A stretch of DNA of 16,986 nt from assembly GCA_031459535.1 (NCBI GenBank), contig JAVKIJ010000072.1:1-16986 (forward strand), read 5' to 3'. Below the pieces are notes generated by a model that made no database searches, was not told the origin of the DNA, and saw only the letters and a program-made list of their open reading frames with translations. The position numbers were made by a program, and so were the translations under genes. Within the stretch, counting starts at the first letter, position 1, and every line of letters begins with the position of its first letter. Shown here piece after piece: positions 6,197-16,036 of this stretch. Source of the stretch: Candidatus Fervidifonticultor quintus (GTDB taxonomy: Bacteria; Sysuimicrobiota; Sysuimicrobiia; Sysuimicrobiales; Humicultoraceae).

Positions 6197-9100
6197 GTGT
6201 TCTGGAGTCTGATGGCGCTTTTGCGAGAGGCGCCGGCCTACGTTGAGGCCAGGGATGCCCTGCGCTCGGCCGGCGAGCCTCCGTCCATCCTCGGGCCTGG
6301 CGACACCGCCGCAGCGTTCGTCCTGGCCACCCTGGCCTCAGACGCTGCACTCGCGGCGCCCGGGGGGTGCCCGCCGACGGTGCTGGCCATCACGCCGGGC
6401 CAGGAGAGCGCCAGGCGCCTGGCCGACGACCTGCGCTCCTTTCTCGCCGGCACGCAGCTCGGCGTGCACCTGTATCCCGAGACGCCTGGCCCCGGCGAGC
6501 GCCAGATGGTGCTCGACGCGCTGGCGGGCCCCGGCACGGTCGTCGTGGCCTCGATTGCGTCGTGTCTCGAACCGTTGCCCCCGCCCGAGGTGCTGGCGGC
6601 GACCACCCGGCAGGTGCGGCCGGGCCAGCGATATCCGCGGGAGCAGCTGGTGGCAGACCTGCAGGCCGGCGGCTACCAGCGCGTGGGCCTCGTGGTCAAT
6701 CCCGGGGAGTTCGCCGTGCGCGGCGGCGTGGTGGACCTGTTCCCCCCCGATGCCACCACCCCCGTTCGCCTCGATCTGTGGGGCGACGATGTTGACTCCA
6801 TCCGTCGGGTCGATCCGGTCTCGCAGCGGAGCCTCGATGCTCTGGCCGAGGTGACGATCCGGCCGGCGGTGCTGGAGGCCGGCCCGAGCGAGGCCGCGCC
6901 TCTCTCCGCGTACCTGCCAGCGGGCGGGCTGCTGGCGCTGATCGAGGCGGCCGAAGCCGAGGGGGTCGCGCGGGGGCTGGTCGAGCGCGCCCGCCGCGCG
7001 GGGGAAGCGGCCGTCCTGGAGTGGGAGGACGTGCTCGGAGCGCCACAGGCCGCCCGCCGGCTGGCCATCTGTGCGGCGCACCCTCCGGGTGGGTCGTGGA
7101 GGGAGGCGCGGCTGGCGGCTATGGGTATCGAGGCCCTCGGCGGCCAGACCCACCTGCTGGCCGCGAGGCTTGGCGCGCTGGCCGCTGAGGGGCTTCGGGT
7201 CGTGATCGCTTCGGCTCAGGCCGCGCGGCTTGCGTCGATCCTGCGGGATGCGGGCGTGGATGTCACGCTGGCCACCTGTATGGACGCGCCGCCGCCCGCA
7301 CGCGTGACGGCAGTGGCCGTGCCGCTGGCGCGCGGATTCCGCTTGGACGCCGCGGAGCTGGCGGTGGTGACCGACGCCGAGATCGTGGGCTGGCGCCGGC
7401 GGCGCCCTCGCATGCGCTTTCTGCGGGACGGTGAGCGGCTGTCGTCGTGGGCAGACCTGACGCCCGGAGACCTCGTCGTGCATCTGCATCACGGGATCGG
7501 CCGGTACCGCGGTCTGGTCACGATGGCGATTGATGGCGGCGAGCGCGAGTACCTGTTGCTCGAGTATGCCGGCGAGGATCGCCTCTACGTGCCCACCGAC
7601 CAGATCCACCTGGTCCAGCGCTACATCGGCACCGAGGGCGAGACGCCCGTCATCCACCGTCTCGGCGGCGCCGAGTGGGAGCGCGAGAAGCGCCGGGTCA
7701 GGGAAGCCACGCGCGAGATGGCCGCGTCGCTGCTCGCGTTGTATGCGGCCCGCGCGTCGGTGCCCGGACATGCCTTCGCGCCCGATACCCCCTGGCAGCG
7801 CGAGATGGAGGCGCTGTTCCCCTATGAGGAGACCCCCCACCAGCGCCAGGCCATCGAGGACGTGAAGCGCGACATGGAGTCGCCCAAGCCCATGGACCGG
7901 CTGGTTGCCGGCGATGTGGGCTACGGCAAGACCGAGGTCGCCCTGCGGGCCGCGTTCAAGGCGGTCATGGACGGCAAGCAGGTTGCCGTGGTGGTGCCGA
8001 CCACGGTGCTGGCGCAACAGCACTTCAACGTGTTCAGCGAGCGCTTCGCCCGGTTCCCCGTCACCGTGGAGATGATCAGTCGCTTCCGGTCCGCGGCCGA
8101 GATCAAAGATGTGCTCCACCGAGTTGCGGCCGGTCAGGTGGACGTGCTGATCGGCACCCACCGCATCCTGAGCCGGGACGTGCGGTTCCGGGACCTGGGC
8201 CTGGTGATCATCGACGAGGAGCAGCGCTTCGGCGTCGCACACAAGGAGCACCTCAAGGCGCTGCGCAAGACCGTGGACGTGCTCACCCTGACCGCGACCC
8301 CGATCCCCCGTACCTTGCACATGTCGCTGGCGGGCCTTCGGGACATGTCGGTCATGGAGACGCCGCCAGAGGCCCGGCTCCCGATCCACACGGAGATCCG
8401 ACCCGACAGCGATGACCTGATCCGAGAAGCCGTCCTGCGCGAGCACCGCCGCGGTGGCCAGACCTATGTGGTGCACAACCGCGTGGAGTCCATCGAGCGG
8501 GCCGCCCGGCGCATCCGCGCGCTGGTGCCCGAGGTACGGGTGGCCGTTGCGCACGGGCAGATGCCCGAGGAGCGACTGGAGCAGGTCATGCTGGACTTCC
8601 TGGGCGGGCGGTACGATGTGCTGGTCTGCACCACCATCGTGGAGATCGGCCTGGACATCCCTTCGGTCAACACCATCATCGTGCAGGACGCGCATCTGAT
8701 GGGCCTGGCGCAGCTCTATCAGCTCCGGGGCCGGGTGGGCCGCGCGGACCGGCAGGCCTACTGCTACCTGCTCTACCCTCCCGCGGCGCCGCTTGGGCCG
8801 GAAGCGGAGCAGCGCCTGCGGGCCATGGCGGAGTTCGTGGAGCTGGGTAGCGGTCTGGGTCTGGCCATGCGCGACCTCGAAATCCGGGGAGCCGGCAACA
8901 TCCTGGGGCCGGAGCAGCACGGCCACGTGGCCGCGGTCGGGTTCGATCTCTACTGCCGGCTGCTGGACGAAGCGATCCGGGAAGCCCGCGGCGAGATCGT
9001 GGCAGAACAGCGGGATCCCACACTGGAGTTGGGCATCAACGCCCTGCTGCCGGCCACGTACGTTCCGGAAGAACGAGACCGCATGGCCTACTACCGCCGG

Positions 9101-9481
9101 CTCGCCGGGGCCCACACCCTCGAAGACCTGGAGACGACGCTGGCCGACCTAGTGGAGCAATACGGGCCGCCGCCAGATGAAGCCCGGGCACTGGCGGACG
9201 CCGTGCGGGTGCGGATCGCGGCGCGCGCGGCCGGCGTCTCGTCGGTAGTGCGCCAGAACGGTCGGTTCGTTGTGCGGCTCGCCGAGGGCACCGGTCTCGA
9301 CGAGCATCTGCAGTTGCAGTTGCGGCTGGCCCTCGGTAGCCGCGCCCAGGTCAGCGCTGCCGGCATCGTCGTACGCCCGGTGGGCAAGAGCTTTGCCGAC
9401 CAGGCCGCCGCGCTGGCCGACCTGCTGGGGCTGATCGGGAGGGTCGCGTCGCGGGCGGCCGGCGCAGCGGCGCAGCGGTAA
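6197..9481 (+). CDS. mfd: Transcription-repair coupling factor
   Basis: UvrB-like GEFAVRGGVVDLF, RID GDLVVHLHHGIGRY, GDVGYGKTEVA, IIDEEQRFG, TATPIPRT, QLRGRVGR, TRG motif DLEIRGAGNILG. GGAG 6 nt before GTG 6197; ATG 6212 is an alternative start. Confidence 0.97.
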   Translation: MFWSLMALLREAPAYVEARDALRSAGEPPSILGPGDTAAAFVLATLASDAALAAPGGCPPTVLAITPGQESARRLADDLRSFLAGTQLGVHLYPETPGPGERQMVLDALAGPGTVVVASIASCLEPLPPPEVLAATTRQVRPGQRYPREQLVADLQAGGYQRVGLVVNPGEFAVRGGVVDLFPPDATTPVRLDLWGDDVDSIRRVDPVSQRSLDALAEVTIRPAVLEAGPSEAAPLSAYLPAGGLLALIEAAEAEGVARGLVERARRAGEAAVLEWEDVLGAPQAARRLAICAAHPPGGSWREARLAAMGIEALGGQTHLLAARLGALAAEGLRVVIASAQAARLASILRDAGVDVTLATCMDAPPPARVTAVAVPLARGFRLDAAELAVVTDAEIVGWRRRRPRMRFLRDGERLSSWADLTPGDLVVHLHHGIGRYRGLVTMAIDGGEREYLLLEYAGEDRLYVPTDQIHLVQRYIGTEGETPVIHRLGGAEWEREKRRVREATREMAASLLALYAARASVPGHAFAPDTPWQREMEALFPYEETPHQRQAIEDVKRDMESPKPMDRLVAGDVGYGKTEVALRAAFKAVMDGKQVAVVVPTTVLAQQHFNVFSERFARFPVTVEMISRFRSAAEIKDVLHRVAAGQVDVLIGTHRILSRDVRFRDLGLVIIDEEQRFGVAHKEHLKALRKTVDVLTLTATPIPRTLHMSLAGLRDMSVMETPPEARLPIHTEIRPDSDDLIREAVLREHRRGGQTYVVHNRVESIERAARRIRALVPEVRVAVAHGQMPEERLEQVMLDFLGGRYDVLVCTTIVEIGLDIPSVNTIIVQDAHLMGLAQLYQLRGRVGRADRQAYCYLLYPPAAPLGPEAEQRLRAMAEFVELGSGLGLAMRDLEIRGAGNILGPEQHGHVAAVGFDLYCRLLDEAIREARGEIVAEQRDPTLELGINALLPATYVPEERDRMAYYRRLAGAHTLEDLETTLADLVEQYGPPPDEARALADAVRVRIAARAAGVSSVVRQNGRFVVRLAEGTGLDEHLQLQLRLALGSRAQVSAAGIVVRPVGKSFADQAAALADLLGLIGRVASRAAGAAAQR

Positions 9482-9568
9482 CCCACCGGTGCCTCGTTAG
9501 CTGGCTCTGGCCCCCACCACCCGGCTACGGTATGCTGAACGCGTCGCGCACACGAGGAGGTAGCTCGC

Positions 9569-10549
9569 ATGAGCATGCGCAATGGCCTGCTGGTCACCGT
9601 GATCGTGGTCGTGGTGGCGGCAGCTGGAGTGGGGGCGTGGGTCCTGCGGAGCACCGCTCGCCGGGCCACCGCCGTGGCCGCGACGGTGAACGGCGAAGCG
9701 ATCCTCTGGTCACAGGTGGACGCCGAAATCGCCCGCGCCGCCGCCCAGTTCGGCATTGACACCAAGAGCCCGGATTTCGAGAAGCAGCGGGCAGAGATCG
9801 GCAAGGCCGTGCTCGACCAGCTCATCGGCTCTCGCCTGATCATGCAGGAGGCCCGGCGGCGCAACCTGGTGGCGAGCGACAGAGAGGTCGAGGAGCAGGT
9901 GGACGCCATCAGGAAGCGGTTCCCCACCGAGGCCGAGTTCGACACGGCGCTGGCGCGCAACGGTTTCACGCTGGCGTCGCTGCGCGACGTCCTGCGGGTG
10001 AACGTGACCCAGCGGCGGCTCGCTGACGTCGTGGCCCCGGGCACGGTGACCGAGGAGGAAGTCCGTAGACACTTCGAGGCCAACCGGACCCGGTACGATC
10101 AGCCGGCGCAGATCAAGGTCAGCCACATCCTGTTCCGCATCGGCGAGAAGGAGCAGGAGCCTCTCGCGCGGGCCAAGGCCAGGATCGTAACGGCAAGACT
10201 GTCCGAGGGCGCCACGTTCGAGGACCTGGCCAGACAGTACTCCGACGACAAGAGCAGCGCCGAGCGCGGAGGCGATCTCGGGTTCGTCCCCAAAGGGACG
10301 CTGGTCAAAGAGTTTGAGGACGCGGCGTGGGCGCTGAAGCCGGGCCAGACCAGCGGTCCGGTCAGGACCCAGTATGGCCTGCACATCATCAAGGTGTATC
10401 AGGTCAAGGACGCGCAGAAGGCGACTTTCGACCAGGTCAAGAATGAGATCCGGGAGCAACTCCTAGCCAGCAAGCGCGAGAAGGCCTTCGAGGCCTGGCT
10501 CAACGAACAGCGGAAGGCCGCCAAGATCGAACGGTTCGAGCGCCAGTAG
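9569..10549 (+). CDS. Membrane-anchored PrsA/SurA-like foldase (SurA N-terminal domain plus parvulin PPIase), 326 aa
   Basis: GAGGAGG SD; N-terminal TM helix without a lipobox Cys; VAATVNGEAI; parvulin motifs VSHILF, FEDLARQYSDD, GGDLGF, SGPVRTQYGLHII. Confidence 0.92.
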   Translation: MSMRNGLLVTVIVVVVAAAGVGAWVLRSTARRATAVAATVNGEAILWSQVDAEIARAAAQFGIDTKSPDFEKQRAEIGKAVLDQLIGSRLIMQEARRRNLVASDREVEEQVDAIRKRFPTEAEFDTALARNGFTLASLRDVLRVNVTQRRLADVVAPGTVTEEEVRRHFEANRTRYDQPAQIKVSHILFRIGEKEQEPLARAKARIVTARLSEGATFEDLARQYSDDKSSAERGGDLGFVPKGTLVKEFEDAAWALKPGQTSGPVRTQYGLHIIKVYQVKDAQKATFDQVKNEIREQLLASKREKAFEAWLNEQRKAAKIERFERQ

Positions 10550-10578
10550 CGCTGGCGCCATGGAGCCAGAGAACCGCC

Positions 10579-11259
10579 ATGCGCTTCACGTTTGAGGACC
10601 TGGTAGCCGTCATGGCGCGTCTGCGCGGAGCCGACGGGTGCCCGTGGGATCGCGAGCAGACCCATGCCACGCTGGCGCCGTACCTGCTCGAAGAGGCCCA
10701 TGAGGTCCTTGAAGCCATTGCCCGGGGCGATGAAGCCGCCCTGCGCGAAGAACTCGGCGACCTGCTGCTCCAGGTAGTGTTCCACGGCCAGATCGCCGCC
10801 GAGGCCGGCGGCTTTTCGGCCGCCGAGATCGTCGACGGCCTGACCCGTAAGTTGATCGACCGGCATCCCCACGTGTTCGGTAGGGCCTCACTGGGGACAC
10901 CGGAGGAAGTCCTGGCCCAGTGGCATGAACTGAAACGCAGGGAGGCGCCTGACCGCGGGCCGTTCGATGGCGTGCCGGAGTCGCTGCCGGCGCTGGCCCG
11001 CGCGCAGAAACTCATCGGGCGCGCCATGGCCAACGGGATGGCCGACCAGGTACCCGGCGAACCGCTCCAGGCCGCCGCAGCAGTGGCCGAACGGCTGCGC
11101 CACATGATGGCAGCCGTAGACCAGGAGACCGGCGGTCCTGAAGCGTTCGGGGACCTGCTGCTGGCGGTGGCGGCGCTGGCGCAGGTCGCCGGGGTCGACG
11201 CCGAGTCGTCTCTGCGCCAGGCCTGCGTGCGGCTCCTGGACCGGGTCCGGCGAGTGTAG
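10579..11259 (+). CDS. mazG: MazG-family nucleoside triphosphate pyrophosphohydrolase, 226 aa
   Basis: LRGADGCPWDREQTH, EEAHEV, EELGDLLLQVVFH, KLIDRHPHVFG, LPALARAQKL; second repeat degenerate. Confidence 0.95.
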   Translation: MRFTFEDLVAVMARLRGADGCPWDREQTHATLAPYLLEEAHEVLEAIARGDEAALREELGDLLLQVVFHGQIAAEAGGFSAAEIVDGLTRKLIDRHPHVFGRASLGTPEEVLAQWHELKRREAPDRGPFDGVPESLPALARAQKLIGRAMANGMADQVPGEPLQAAAAVAERLRHMMAAVDQETGGPEAFGDLLLAVAALAQVAGVDAESSLRQACVRLLDRVRRV

Positions 11260-11266
11260 GCGAGAG

Positions 11267-11539
11267 ATGCGCCTGGACAAGTTCCTTCAGGAGAGCCGGC
11301 TCGTGCGGCGGCGTACGCTGGCCAACCGCCTGTGCGACGCCGGCCGCGTGACGCTCAACGGCCGCCGGGCCAAGCCCGCGGCGGGCGTCGGCGTCGGCGA
11401 TCTGGTCGAGGTGCACATCGGCGTGCGCCGTCTCACGGTGAAGGTGCTGCGCCTGCCCGCGGGCCGGCCGTCGGCGGAGCCCCTCGTGGAGGTCGTCGAG
11501 GACCGACGCGAGCCACAACCCCATGAACCCACATTGTGA
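11267..11539 (+). CDS. yabO: S4 RNA-binding domain protein (YabO/RqcP/Hsp15-like), 90 aa
   Basis: MRLDKFLQESRLVRRRTLANRLCDAGRVTLNGRRAKP...VGDLV; follows mazG as in the Bacillus yabN-yabO order. Confidence 0.9.
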   Translation: MRLDKFLQESRLVRRRTLANRLCDAGRVTLNGRRAKPAAGVGVGDLVEVHIGVRRLTVKVLRLPAGRPSAEPLVEVVEDRREPQPHEPTL

Positions 11540-12880
<1,341 letters not shown>

Positions 12881-12931
12881 GGCCGGCAGGATTCCCGCAC
12901 CCCGCCGCGAATCGCGCGAGAGGGAACAATC

Positions 12932-12940
12932 TGTTATCAT
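12932..12940 (+). promoter_or_regulatory. Extended -10 element upstream of divIC/ftsB
   Basis: TGtTATCAT, 13 nt before ATG 12954. Confidence 0.45.
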
Positions 12941-12953
12941 CGCAGCATTCGTC

Positions 12954-13352
12954 ATGGCAGAGTTCGCCCCCCGCCGCGCGCTGTTGCCGCCTGGCGCCCC
13001 CCGCCGTCTGGTCCCGCGGTGGGTCGGTCCCGCCGCGGCGGTGTGTGTGGTGGCGGCGCTGGCGGTCAGTTTCGGAGGAGCGTACTGGGACGGGTATCAA
13101 CTGCGCCGCGAAGTGTCGGAGTTGATGCGCGAGCGGGATACGCTGCGGCGTCGGAATGCGGAGCTGAGGGAGCGAATCCGTCTGCTGCACACCCCTGAGT
13201 ACATCGAGCGCCTGGCGCGCGAGCAGCTCGGGCTCGTCAAGCCCGGCGAGATCGCGGTGATCCTCGTCCAGCCGACGCCCACCCCCTCGCCCTCGCCGTC
13301 CCGGGCGGGGAACGAGTCCAGGCCCAGGTGGCGTCGGTGGCTCCCACGGTAG
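12954..13352 (+). CDS. divIC: Septum formation initiator (DivIC/FtsB family), 132 aa
   Basis: Basic N-terminus, one TM helix, coiled coil, PEYIERLAREQLGLVKPGE signature; lies directly after eno. Confidence 0.9.
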   Translation: MAEFAPRRALLPPGAPRRLVPRWVGPAAAVCVVAALAVSFGGAYWDGYQLRREVSELMRERDTLRRRNAELRERIRLLHTPEYIERLAREQLGLVKPGEIAVILVQPTPTPSPSPSRAGNESRPRWRRWLPR

Positions 13353-13374
13353 GGGAGAGCGGGCCGTGACCGAA

Positions 13375-13404
13375 TTGACACTGTACGACGGGCACGCGTA
13401 TACT
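13375..13404 (+). promoter_or_regulatory. Near-consensus sigma70 promoter for the S1-domain gene
   Basis: TTGACA (13375-13380), 18 nt spacer, TATACT (13399-13404). Confidence 0.75.
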
Positions 13405-13448
13405 GCGACGTGCCCAGCATCCAGGGAAAGGAGCGTGGCAGTGTACGG

Positions 13449-13823
13449 ATGGACGTAACCCCAGGTGCCATTGTCGAGGGGACCGTTGTCAAGATCACCC
13501 ACTACGGCGCGTTCGTTGAACTCCCCGACGGCAAGAGCGGCCTCGTTCACATCTCGGAGATTGCCGACACCTACGTCAAGGACGTGAAGGACTACCTCAA
13601 AGAGCAGGACAAGGTTCGGGTCAAGATCCTGGGCCTCAACGAGAAGGGCAAGCTGGACCTCTCGGTCAAGCAGGCCCTCTCTCCCGAGGAGCGCCAGGCC
13701 CGGGCCCGGGCGCGCACGTCCTTCGAGGAGAAGCTCAAGGCGTTCATGAAGGAGAGCGAAGAACGACTCCTCGACCTCAAACGCAATACGGAGGCCAAGC
13801 GGGGCGGCCGGCGCCGGAAGTAG
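13449..13823 (+). CDS. yabR: S1 RNA-binding domain protein (YabR/YugI family), 124 aa
   Basis: GAIVEGTVVKITHYGAFVELPDGKSGLVHISEIA...DLSVKQA and the family tail SFEEKLKAFMKESEERLLDLKRNTEAKRGGR; follows divIC as in Bacillus. Confidence 0.92.
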   Translation: MDVTPGAIVEGTVVKITHYGAFVELPDGKSGLVHISEIADTYVKDVKDYLKEQDKVRVKILGLNEKGKLDLSVKQALSPEERQARARARTSFEEKLKAFMKESEERLLDLKRNTEAKRGGRRRK

Positions 13824-13824
13824 C

Positions 13825-14175
13825 CTACTCGATCCCCAGCTTCCAGACCACCTCTTCGAACGCCCGCCAGGTGATGTCGTCGCGCTCGAGCTGGCGCGAG
13901 CGCTCGGGGATCCCTTCTTGTGCCTCCAGCGCCGCAAGCTGATCGTCCATCTGCTCGAGCCGGTTGCGTACCCCGACAATCTCCGCGGTGGTGGCTATGT
14001 GGGGCAGCGCGGCGCGGATCTTCTCGAGGGCCTCCCGCTCGACCTGACGGGCGAGGCGGTCCATCTCCTGGGCGTCCATTCGCGAGTAGACCACCAGCCC
14101 GCGACGCTCCTCCAGCGCCGCGATGGCGATCTCGCGCAACTGCTTCAGCAGCGGATCCTTGACCTCAGGTGCCAC
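13825..14175 (-). CDS. Hypothetical alpha-helical cytoplasmic protein, 116 aa
   Basis: GGAGGT 5 nt before GTG 14175; start overlaps the ABC gene stop by 11 nt; GC3-rich codons; MAPEVKDPLLKQLREIAIAALEERRG...RDDITWRAFEEVVWKLGIE. Confidence 0.8.
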   Translation of the reverse strand: MAPEVKDPLLKQLREIAIAALEERRGLVVYSRMDAQEMDRLARQVEREALEKIRAALPHIATTAEIVGVRNRLEQMDDQLAALEAQEGIPERSRQLERDDITWRAFEEVVWKLGIE

Positions 14176-16036
14176 GCCCCACCTCCCCTCCGGGACCCCC
14201 GCGCCCGGGCGCCCCTGGCCCGGCGGCGACGGACCACGCCTCCTGATCTCGATACTGCAACTCGTAGAGCTTCGTGTAAATCCCACCTCGCGCCAGCAGG
14301 TCGCGGTGCGTGCCCTCCTCGGCGATCCGTCCCCGGTGGATCACGAGAATGCGGTCCACGTGCTGGATGGTCGAGAGTCGGTGCGCGATGATGATGGACG
14401 TCCGGTTCCGCATCACGCGGCGCAGGGCGTCCTGGATGAGGATCTCCGTCTCGGTGTCGACGCTGCTCGTGGCCTCGTCCAGGACCAGCAACACATCGGG
14501 ATTGTGGGCGATCGCCCGAGCGAACGCGATGAGCTGCTTCTGCCCCACCGACAGCGTGGCGCCCCGTTCCTGCACCGCGGCGCGATAGCCGCCCGGCAGC
14601 CGTTCGATGAATGCCGAGGCGTTAACGAACTCGGCGGCGCGGCGCACCTGTTCGTCGGTGACGGTGGCGGTGCCCAGGCGGATGTTGCCCTCGATGGTGC
14701 CCGAGAACAGGAACACATCCTGCAGCACCAACCCCATGTGACGCCGCAGATCGCGCTGCGCCCACTCTCGAACGTCGACCCCGTCCACTAGCACCTGACC
14801 CCGCTGGGGATCGTAGAACCGCATGATCAGATTGATGATGGACGATTTGCCGGCACCGGTGTGGCCCACGAGGGCCACGCGCTCACCGGGCTGGATGCGG
14901 AAGGAGATGCCGCGCAGCACCCAGTCCACGGCGCCGGATGCGGTCGGCTCGTGCTCGTAGGCGAACCACACGTCGCGGAACTCGATCTCGCCGCGCACCC
15001 GGGCCAGGTGCCTCGGCTCCGGCGGATCCTGCACCTCCACGGGCTCGTCCAGCACGCGGAAGATGCGTTCTGAGGACGCCATGGCCGACTGGAGGATGTT
15101 GTACTTCTCGGCCAGGTCTTCGATCGGCTCGAAAAAGCGTTGCGCGTACTGGATGAACGCCACCACCAGGCCCACGCTCACACCCCCGGCCAGGGCCCGT
15201 GTGCCGCCGTAGCCGATGATGATGGCCACCGCCACGGCGCTCATGACGCCCACGGTGGGGAAGAACGACGCAAACGACCGCAGCGCGGCCATGTTGGCGG
15301 CCAGGTGGTCGCGGTTCAACGCGTCGAACCGGGCGAATTCCCGGGTCTCCCGGCCGAAGAGCTGCACGATGGCCATGCCCTGGATGTGCTCGTTGAGAAA
15401 GGCGTTGAGGCGGGCCAGGCGCACGCGCACGGCGCGGTACGACTCGCGCGCCCGGGCCGAGAACCGCCTGGTGAACCAGATGATGCCGGGCATGACCACC
15501 ATGGTGGCTGCTGCCAGCCGCCAGTCCATGTAGGTCATGATGCCGACAATGAGCACCAGGGTGAAGAGATCGCCGAAGATGGCCACCACGCCCTGGGTGA
15601 TCATTTCATTGAGCGCATCGATGTCGTTGGTTACCCGGGTGACCAGGCGGCCCACGGGCTGTCGGGTGTAGAAGGCCACCGAGAGACGCTGCAGGTGGCC
15701 AAACAGCTCCATGCGCAGCGCGTAGGTGGCCTGTTGCCCGACCCACTGCATCAGGTAGGACTGGGCGTAGCGGAACAGGAACGTGGCCGCCAGGGCGGCG
15801 GCGTAGGCCGCGACCACCAGCCCCAGGCCGTCCAGCCGCCGAGGCGCGATGTGCTGGTCGATGGCGATACGCACCAGGTAGGGCCCGGTCAACCCGGACG
15901 CCGATGTCAGCAACAGGAGGACCACGGAGAGCAGGACCTGGGGCCCGTACGGCCGCACGTAGCCCAGCAGCCGGCGCATCAGACGTGGATCGTATGCCTT
16001 CCCGAGGATCTCGTCTTCCTGTAGGACCACGGTCAT
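14165..16036 (-). CDS. Heterodimeric ABC exporter half-transporter (TMD plus NBD), MdlB/YheH(BmrD)-like, 623 aa
   Basis: Multi-helix TMD (GRLVTRVTNDID, FFEPIEDLAEKYNILQSAMASSERIF); Walker A GHTGAGKSS, deviant signature LSVGQKQ, Walker B LVLDEATS, IAHRLST. Confidence 0.95.
   Translation of the reverse strand: MTVVLQEDEILGKAYDPRLMRRLLGYVRPYGPQVLLSVVLLLLTSASGLTGPYLVRIAIDQHIAPRRLDGLGLVVAAYAAALAATFLFRYAQSYLMQWVGQQATYALRMELFGHLQRLSVAFYTRQPVGRLVTRVTNDIDALNEMITQGVVAIFGDLFTLVLIVGIMTYMDWRLAAATMVVMPGIIWFTRRFSARARESYRAVRVRLARLNAFLNEHIQGMAIVQLFGRETREFARFDALNRDHLAANMAALRSFASFFPTVGVMSAVAVAIIIGYGGTRALAGGVSVGLVVAFIQYAQRFFEPIEDLAEKYNILQSAMASSERIFRVLDEPVEVQDPPEPRHLARVRGEIEFRDVWFAYEHEPTASGAVDWVLRGISFRIQPGERVALVGHTGAGKSSIINLIMRFYDPQRGQVLVDGVDVREWAQRDLRRHMGLVLQDVFLFSGTIEGNIRLGTATVTDEQVRRAAEFVNASAFIERLPGGYRAAVQERGATLSVGQKQLIAFARAIAHNPDVLLVLDEATSSVDTETEILIQDALRRVMRNRTSIIIAHRLSTIQHVDRILVIHRGRIAEEGTHRDLLARGGIYTKLYELQYRDQEAWSVAAGPGAPGRGGPGGEVGRGT

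Noticed and set aside
6338-9115. 925-aa minus-strand ORF, and other long antisense or alternate-frame ORFs (e.g. 1692-2726, 3687-4694, 4222-5211, 5213-6160, 9091-10083, 12738-13979, 15140-16024)
   Set aside because: They overlap well-supported genes, have no recognisable motifs, and show the composition expected of shadow frames in high-GC DNA.
10540-10558. GCGCCAG/CTGGCGC hairpin over the foldase stop codon as a terminator
   Set aside because: No U tract, GC-rich background, and mazG follows within 30 nt.
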